NCBI GenBank assembly: GCA_903910745.1
Contig: CAIWAO010000019.1
Span: 2,018 to 66,017, forward strand
Source of the DNA: an uncultured Burkholderiales bacterium
GTDB lineage: Bacteria; Pseudomonadota; Gammaproteobacteria; Burkholderiales; Burkholderiaceae_C
Direction of reading: 5' to 3'
DNA: 64,000 bases
The translations under genes were made by a program, and so were the position numbers. Of the stretch, positions 58,437 through 64,000 are shown piece by piece. The notes beneath the pieces are model-generated. The model saw only the letters and a list, made by a program, of their open reading frames with translations. It did no database searches and was not told where the DNA came from. Numbering within the stretch: position 1 is the first letter of the stretch; each line of letters begins with the position of its first letter.

Positions 58437-59528
58437 TTACCTTTGTCCTGTGAGCAATGTCATTAAGTTATGTTTGGGCTGAAAACGAATTCTGTAATTG
58501 ATCAACACATCACAGGCCAATAGCGTGAACAAAAGAAGTCCCTGAAACACTCCCGTTAGTGACTTGGGTAAACCAAGTCTGGATTGCGCTAATTCACCTC
58601 CAATATAAAACATACTCATTAAGATGGATGAAAACACCATACCCAGTGGGTGAAGTCGGCCTACAAAGGCAACAATGATTGCAGCAAATCCGTAACCTAC
58701 TGGAATGAAAGGCGTTAATTGTCCAACTGGTCCGGCAACTTCAAGCGCTCCCGCCAACCCAGAGGCAGCACCTGAGGCGAGGAGCGCAGACCACAGGGCT
58801 TTACTGGAGGAGAATCCTGCATATCTGGCCGCGTGAGGTGCAAGTCCCCCCACTCTAAGAGCAAAACCCATTTTTGTTTTAAACAAGAAAAGCCACAAAC
58901 CAAGTGAACTAAAAAGCGCAATGAATAAACCAATATTTATTCTAGAGCCCTTGAATAGCCGAGGTATTTGAGTGACCGACTCAAATGTTTTAGTCTGAGG
59001 AAAATTATATCCATTTGGATCTTTCCAAGGATCGTAAACCAGATAATTGAGAAGCATGATAGCTACATACACGAGCATCAAACTCACCAGTATTTCACTC
59101 GTATTGAATCTATCTTTGAGCAAAGCGGTTATGCCAGCCCATAACATTCCGCCCAAAATACCGGCGAGTAGGATGGGCAATACGATCCAAGCGGAAGTAT
59201 CTTTTTCCGCTAAAAGTGCAACACCAGATGCAAATATTGCTCCCAGGACAAATTGTCCTTCAGCCCCAATATTCCAAACATTGGATCTAAAACAAACGGC
59301 CAAACCTGTAGCAATTATTAGCAAAGGAATTGCCTTGACCATCAATTCGCCAATGGCATAACCACTTTTCAGCGGTTCCCAAAAAAACACCATTAAACCC
59401 TTTACTGGGTCTTTTCCCAATAATAGAAATAAAGCGACTCCAAGTAACACCGTAACGATCAGCGATAAAACGGGAGAGGCGACGCTCCAATATTTGGACG
59501 GCGAGGGTCTGGGTTCAAATTTAAACAT
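58437..59528 (-). CDS. ABC transporter permease (BMP-type system)
   Basis: 363 aa polytopic protein. 8-nt overlap with the ATPase gene. Confidence 0.85.
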   Translation of the reverse strand: MFKFEPRPSPSKYWSVASPVLSLIVTVLLGVALFLLLGKDPVKGLMVFFWEPLKSGYAIGELMVKAIPLLIIATGLAVCFRSNVWNIGAEGQFVLGAIFASGVALLAEKDTSAWIVLPILLAGILGGMLWAGITALLKDRFNTSEILVSLMLVYVAIMLLNYLVYDPWKDPNGYNFPQTKTFESVTQIPRLFKGSRINIGLFIALFSSLGLWLFLFKTKMGFALRVGGLAPHAARYAGFSSSKALWSALLASGAASGLAGALEVAGPVGQLTPFIPVGYGFAAIIVAFVGRLHPLGMVFSSILMSMFYIGGELAQSRLGLPKSLTGVFQGLLLFTLLACDVLINYRIRFQPKHNLMTLLTGQR

Positions 59529-61062
59529 TTAACGACTCAGCTGAACTCAGTGATACTTCCCCATCGGCTTCCCACAGGCCACTCATCCAAGCCCCAATTT
59601 GCTCTTTACTTACATTTCTTTTGTCTACCGAAGGGGATAGCCTACCTTGAGAAAATACTTGGATTCTGTCAGAAATCTCAAACAATTCGTCTAGCTCTTC
59701 ACTGACCACAAGTAAGGCACAATTTTCGTTCCTGAGTCGAAGAAGTTCTGATCGAATTTGTGCAGCAGCACCAACGTCTACCCCCCAAGTAGGTTGGCAA
59801 ATTATTAGAACCGTAGGACGTGCGTCAACTTCACGACCAACAATGAATTTTTGTAAATTTCCACCAGACAAAGAGTTCGCAAAGGCTTGGGGACCACTGG
59901 CTTTAACTTGAAAAGATTCAATAATTTTTTGTGCCTGTTTTTCTAATTGCCCTGCGTTAATCCAGCCCCACTTACCAACAGACTCTTCCCGCGTTAGTAA
60001 CATATTCTGCGCAAGACTGATACCAGGTACTGCGCCCCTTCCTAATCTCTCTTCTGGTACAAAATGAAGCCCAAGCTTTCTCCTCTCTTTGGGGCCAACA
60101 TTTCCGACAGACTGCCCCTTTAATGAAATACTTTGAGGGAGTGCTCTTTTGTCCTCACCAGATAATGCATATAACAACTCGCGTTGACCGTTTCCAGATA
60201 CACCCGCAATTCCTAAGATCTCGCCTGCCCGAAGTTCAATATTAATGTTTGATAGATCAATTCCGAATTGATCGCTCTTATGCAAACTCAGGTGATTGAC
60301 TGAAAAAACAATTTGACCGGGTGATTGATCTTTGTATTGAAGTCCCAAGGGTTCAGCACCTATCATCAGCCTGCTCAATGATTCATTTGATTCTTGACTA
60401 GGAATACACGTGCCAGTGACGCGTCCGCCTCTCATTACAGTACAAGTATCGCAAAGCGACCTGATCTCATGGAGTTTGTGACTGATGTACAAAATACTAC
60501 AACCCCTTGCGGCTAATCGCCTCAGAACTACAAACAACTTATCAACCGCCTGCGGAGTCAATACAGATGTGGGCTCATCCAAGATCAATAGTTCGGGATT
60601 GCTCAATAAAGCTCTGATGATTTCAACTCTTTGTCTTTCTCCAACGCTTAGCGCATGAACTGGACTTTGCGGGTCGACATCTAGCCCATATTCATTCGCA
60701 ATGGTCAAGATTTTGTTTGATACCTCCCTCAAACTTAGCTCTTTACCAAGACCTAACCAAACATTTTCCGCAACACTTAAAGTCTCAAACAAGTTAAAGT
60801 GTTGAAAAACCATGCTTATGCCTAGGCGACGGGCTTCTTGAGGGTTTCTAATATTTACCAACTCGCCCTTGAAAAAAATCTCGCCCTCATCTGGCTTAAC
60901 GGAGCCATATATAATTTTCATCAGAGTCGATTTCCCCGCACCGTTCTCCCCTAACACTGCGTGTATTTCTCCCTTTTTTACCTCCATTGAGACGCAGTCG
61001 TTGGCAACCACCAAAGGATATTTTTTGGTGACCCCTTGAATACTAAGAAGGGATTGAGTCAT
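59521..61062 (-). CDS. ABC transporter ATP-binding protein, duplicated cassette
   Basis: 513 aa. GENGAGKST / LSVGERQR, with a second degenerate cassette GVSGNGQ / LSGGNLQK. Confidence 0.9.
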   Translation of the reverse strand: MTQSLLSIQGVTKKYPLVVANDCVSMEVKKGEIHAVLGENGAGKSTLMKIIYGSVKPDEGEIFFKGELVNIRNPQEARRLGISMVFQHFNLFETLSVAENVWLGLGKELSLREVSNKILTIANEYGLDVDPQSPVHALSVGERQRVEIIRALLSNPELLILDEPTSVLTPQAVDKLFVVLRRLAARGCSILYISHKLHEIRSLCDTCTVMRGGRVTGTCIPSQESNESLSRLMIGAEPLGLQYKDQSPGQIVFSVNHLSLHKSDQFGIDLSNINIELRAGEILGIAGVSGNGQRELLYALSGEDKRALPQSISLKGQSVGNVGPKERRKLGLHFVPEERLGRGAVPGISLAQNMLLTREESVGKWGWINAGQLEKQAQKIIESFQVKASGPQAFANSLSGGNLQKFIVGREVDARPTVLIICQPTWGVDVGAAAQIRSELLRLRNENCALLVVSEELDELFEISDRIQVFSQGRLSPSVDKRNVSKEQIGAWMSGLWEADGEVSLSSAESLNV

Positions 61063-61168
61063 TTGGTATCAGCGTGGATCAGTAGGATAGTTCAGTTTCA
61101 AAATAATCTCAAACCATTCTAATGGGAATATTGCTTACTCCAACAAAAATTTTGCTGTGCAGCTTAAG

Positions 61169-62524
61169 TCACTTAATTAAGATCGCCCTAAAATCATTCA
61201 CGTTGGTAAAAGTGGGGCCCGTAATCACCAAATCCCCTATCGCCTCAAAGAAAGTAAAAGCATCGTGTCTGTTCAAATAATTTAAGATATTAAGACCCAG
61301 CTTGTTAGCTTTAGTTTTTGTATTGGGTGAGACCCATGCACCGGCATTGTGCTCAACACCGTCAATTCCGTCTGTATCCGCTGCAAGCGCCCAAATTCGG
61401 GGGTGTGCATCTAACTCTTTTGCTAGACTTAAACAGAACTCTCCAGCTCTCCCCCCTCTGCCCTCTCGTAGATCTGTATTTTTCTGAGCTTTAGGAATGC
61501 TAACAGTCGTCTCACCGCCACTAAGAATCACACAAGGGGCTTTAAACGCACAAAATTGGGCACCCAAAGGATTGTCAATATGAAAAGCGGCCTGCCTAGC
61601 CATTGATGCATGGACCTTGGCCACATCTGCAGATTCGCCCTCCATATCATCAGACAATATATAAGCATTAAGACCCATGGAGGTGGCCAAATTAGCGGCG
61701 GCTTTTAACGACTCCATCGGAGTTGCAATTAATTTGAAGGACTCGCAGTGATCAAATGCATTGCCTGCTTTTGGGCTCTCAAATCGACCAGCCTCCAGTG
61801 CATCGTTAATTGGTTTTGGTAACTCGACCTTATATTTTCTCAAAATAGCCAGCGCATCTGCACACGTAGAGGGGTCTGGCACAGTAGGTCCACTTGCAAT
61901 AACAGAGGGATCATCTCCAGGCACATCACTGATCGCTAAGCAAACTAATTTTGCGGGAGCGCAGGCCAAGCCCAGCCGACCACCCTTTATTTGAGAGAGG
62001 TGCTTTCTTACACAATTCATCTCATGTATGTTTGCGCCGCTTTTAAGCAGCGCCTGATTGAGTGCTCTTTTATCCTCTAAACTCAATCCCTCCACGGGGA
62101 GAGTTAAAAGGGATGACCCTCCTCCTGAAATCAAACAAATTACTAAATCGTCTTTGGTGAGACCTTGGGTTAAAGCCAGTATTCGTTTTGAAGCCTCAAC
62201 TCCAGCTGCGTCAGGAACCGGATGAGCAGCCTCAATCATTTCAATCCGACATCGTTGCTCGCTTGAATGCGTGGGAATATGTCCATAGCGAGTGACGACC
62301 AGCCCAGATAGGGAAGCGCTTTGCGGCCAAAGTTCATTGAGTGCAAGAGCCATAGAGGCAGCGGCTTTGCCTGCTCCGAGTACTAAGGTTCTCCCTTTTG
62401 GTGGCGTTGGTAAAAAATTTTGAAGTGCTTTTGAAGGCAATGCTGCACTCACTGCACAATCAAATAAACGCCTCAATATCTGCAGCTCGTCTAGTTTAGA
62501 GAAATCAGTAATTTCGACTTGCAT
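61169..62524 (-). CDS. glycerate 2-kinase / hydroxypyruvate reductase-type MOFRL family protein (TtuD-like)
   Basis: 451 aa with a DUF4147 + MOFRL layout (GAGKAAASMA, ISGGGSSLL, SGGETTV, DTDGIDG). Confidence 0.8.
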   Translation of the reverse strand: MQVEITDFSKLDELQILRRLFDCAVSAALPSKALQNFLPTPPKGRTLVLGAGKAAASMALALNELWPQSASLSGLVVTRYGHIPTHSSEQRCRIEMIEAAHPVPDAAGVEASKRILALTQGLTKDDLVICLISGGGSSLLTLPVEGLSLEDKRALNQALLKSGANIHEMNCVRKHLSQIKGGRLGLACAPAKLVCLAISDVPGDDPSVIASGPTVPDPSTCADALAILRKYKVELPKPINDALEAGRFESPKAGNAFDHCESFKLIATPMESLKAAANLATSMGLNAYILSDDMEGESADVAKVHASMARQAAFHIDNPLGAQFCAFKAPCVILSGGETTVSIPKAQKNTDLREGRGGRAGEFCLSLAKELDAHPRIWALAADTDGIDGVEHNAGAWVSPNTKTKANKLGLNILNYLNRHDAFTFFEAIGDLVITGPTFTNVNDFRAILIK

Positions 62525-63507
62525 TATTTTTTACCTAAACCCAGGAGCGCTGCGCCCTGAGTGTAAAGTTGAACACGCTCTTTCATAAAAGAATCCATCT
62601 GATCCGTACCTATATTAACAAGCTCAAATCCGTTTTTAGCAGCTAGCTCCCTCATTTCAGGATCTGTATTGATTTGCATCCAAAGTTGAGATAGTTTTTT
62701 GATTTGTTCGGGAGGGGTTGATTTAGGCACCCCTATACCTCTAAAAGATCCATCGACCCAGTTGATGCCTAGTTCCCTGAAAGTGGGTACCTCAGGCATC
62801 AAGGGATGGCGCTTTTCCATTCCTACAGCAAGAGCCCTTACCCGCCCTTTGTTATTAATTGCAAACGGAGTGTATGTCATTGCAGAGTCAACCTGGGATC
62901 CCAAAAGTGATGTGGTCATATCCCCTGTTCCCTTAAAGGGAATATAGATCGTACTGATTCCAAATGAAACATCTAGCCTCTCGTGAGCTGCATGATTTGC
63001 AGAGTTAAGGCCAGACCCCCCCATTGAGAGCTTTCCAGGATTTTTTTTGGCAGCGGCTATGAAGTCTGCAAAGTTTTTATAGGGGCTCGTATCTGGCACG
63101 ACCAAAATATCCGGTGTGAAGTGAAACCAAAAAACTGGCGTTATATCGTTTGTTTTGTACTGTACCGATCCTTCAATGGGTTGAAAGACAATGTGAGGGA
63201 GATTGATACCCACCACATTAAGGCCATCCCCGGGTAGCGAGTTCATTTGCGTCCACATGAGTGCACCACCTGCACCGGCTTTGTATTGAATGATTGTCTC
63301 AATGTTTGGGCATTTCTTTTTTATCAGTAATTGTTGATGCCTTGCAGATAAATCGGACTCCCCCCCTGGCGGGAAAGCCTGCCAATACTGTAAATTCTTA
63401 TCAGGGCAGTACTGAGCAAATGCTTGTCCAGTAAAACTTAATGTAAGTGCAACAAAGAGGGAGATGATGAACTGAATTAATTGACGGGTTAGTCTGTACC
63501 GGACCAT
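62524..63507 (-). CDS. Bug/TctC family tripartite tricarboxylate transporter substrate-binding protein
   Basis: 327 aa. Signal peptide and Bug family pattern (PGGESDL, GAGGA, IPFKGTG). Confidence 0.85.
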   Translation of the reverse strand: MVRYRLTRQLIQFIISLFVALTLSFTGQAFAQYCPDKNLQYWQAFPPGGESDLSARHQQLLIKKKCPNIETIIQYKAGAGGALMWTQMNSLPGDGLNVVGINLPHIVFQPIEGSVQYKTNDITPVFWFHFTPDILVVPDTSPYKNFADFIAAAKKNPGKLSMGGSGLNSANHAAHERLDVSFGISTIYIPFKGTGDMTTSLLGSQVDSAMTYTPFAINNKGRVRALAVGMEKRHPLMPEVPTFRELGINWVDGSFRGIGVPKSTPPEQIKKLSQLWMQINTDPEMRELAAKNGFELVNIGTDQMDSFMKERVQLYTQGAALLGLGKK

Positions 63508-63528
63508 CTTAAGCCTCCAGGTTGATTT

Positions 63529-64000
63529 TTACTTTTTAATAATAGAGCAAATGGCTTGCGTTACATCTATCGTTGTCGCCTGTCCACCCAAATCTCTAGT
63601 ATGCAAACTCTTGTTTTCAGTAACTGACTCAATCGCATTCATGAGAGTGATTGCAGCTTGGTGCTCACCTAAATGATCAAGCATCATGACGCAGCTCCAA
63701 AAGGTGCCAACCGGATTCGCAAGTCCCTTGCCCATAATGTCAAAAGCAGATCCATGAATAGGCTCGAACATACTCGGATATCGCCTCTCGGGATCAATAT
63801 TTCCGGTTGGCGCAATACCCAAGCTTCCTGCTAGAGCGGCGGCCAAATCGGTCAATATATCTCCATGTAAGTTGGTTGCAACAACCGTGTCAATGCTAGA
63901 AGGACGATTGACCATTCGAGCAGTCATTGCATCAACCAACTCTTTATCCCAAGTGACTGTTGGAAACTCTTTAGAGATTTGAACTGCAATCTCATCCCAC
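63529..64000 (-). CDS. tartrate dehydrogenase/decarboxylase-like isocitrate/isopropylmalate dehydrogenase family protein, C-terminal part (continues beyond right edge)
   Basis: NLHGDILTDLAAALAGSLGIAPTGNI signature. The frame stays open upstream of the track start to the window edge (WDEIAVQISKEFPTVTWDKEL...). Confidence 0.8.
   Translation of the reverse strand, partial: WDEIAVQISKEFPTVTWDKELVDAMTARMVNRPSSIDTVVATNLHGDILTDLAAALAGSLGIAPTGNIDPERRYPSMFEPIHGSAFDIMGKGLANPVGTFWSCVMMLDHLGEHQAAITLMNAIESVTENKSLHTRDLGGQATTIDVTQAICSIIKK

Noticed and set aside
1-64000. CRISPR arrays, tRNA/rRNA genes, transposases, integrases, prophage or known defence-system genes
   Set aside because: None were recognised by eye on either strand. 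All tandem repeats seen are short microsatellites (6-9-nt units, 6 copies or fewer) and are not spacer-containing. A tRNAscan or Infernal run would be needed to exclude small RNAs formally.

Overview
All functional calls come from reading motifs by eye; no database search, fold prediction or statistics were run.

**Overall picture.** The window reads as a densely coding chromosomal segment of a low-GC betaproteobacterium. It looks Burkholderiales-like, possibly a Polynucleobacter-type freshwater genome. That guess is inferred from a Bug/TctC-type binding protein, the mutL-miaA and queG/tsaE/amidase arrangement, a MutL endonuclease motif and general AT-richness.

**Content.** About 62 protein genes tile both strands, plus one ncRNA (6S RNA downstream of zapA). 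I recognised no rRNA, tRNA, CRISPR array, transposase, integrase or phage gene.
- **1-27 kb:** housekeeping genes (alaS 5' part, scoAB, nth, gcvH, zapA-ssrS, queG, tsaE, amidase, mutL-miaA, thiolase, ettA, DEAD-box helicase).
- **27-37 kb:** a sugar-acid uptake and catabolism locus.
- **37-53.7 kb:** visibly more AT-rich and accessory-looking. It holds PPK2, a minimal SET-domain protein, and a translationally coupled CxxCxxCC (YkgJ/FliB-type) plus CelD/FemAB-like GNAT pair. These are followed by a 742-bp ORF-free AT-rich spacer, a RimJ-like GNAT and a DnaQ::GIY-YIG (Cho-like) nuclease. The block ends with a Kv-type K+ channel placed 9 nt from an SRAP/YedK gene, and a CzcCBA-like HME-RND efflux operon carrying an extra, unrecognisable membrane protein.
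- **53.7-64 kb:** purine/nucleoside salvage (adenine deaminase, BMP-type ABC importer) and a tartrate/glycerate module that runs off the right edge.

**Best candidates for something undescribed.**
1. The SET / CxxCxxCC / CelD-like / GNAT cluster at 38.9-42.1 kb.
2. The orphan membrane gene inside the RND operon (47.4-48.1 kb).
3. The Cho-like / coiled-coil / Kv channel / SRAP same-strand array (42.2-45.8 kb).
4. Two non-coding oddities: an inverted-repeat-bounded ~260-bp segment at 8.5-8.8 kb, and a terminator-capped ~190-nt untranslated stretch at 20.6-20.8 kb.

Several hexanucleotide microsatellites are also present.
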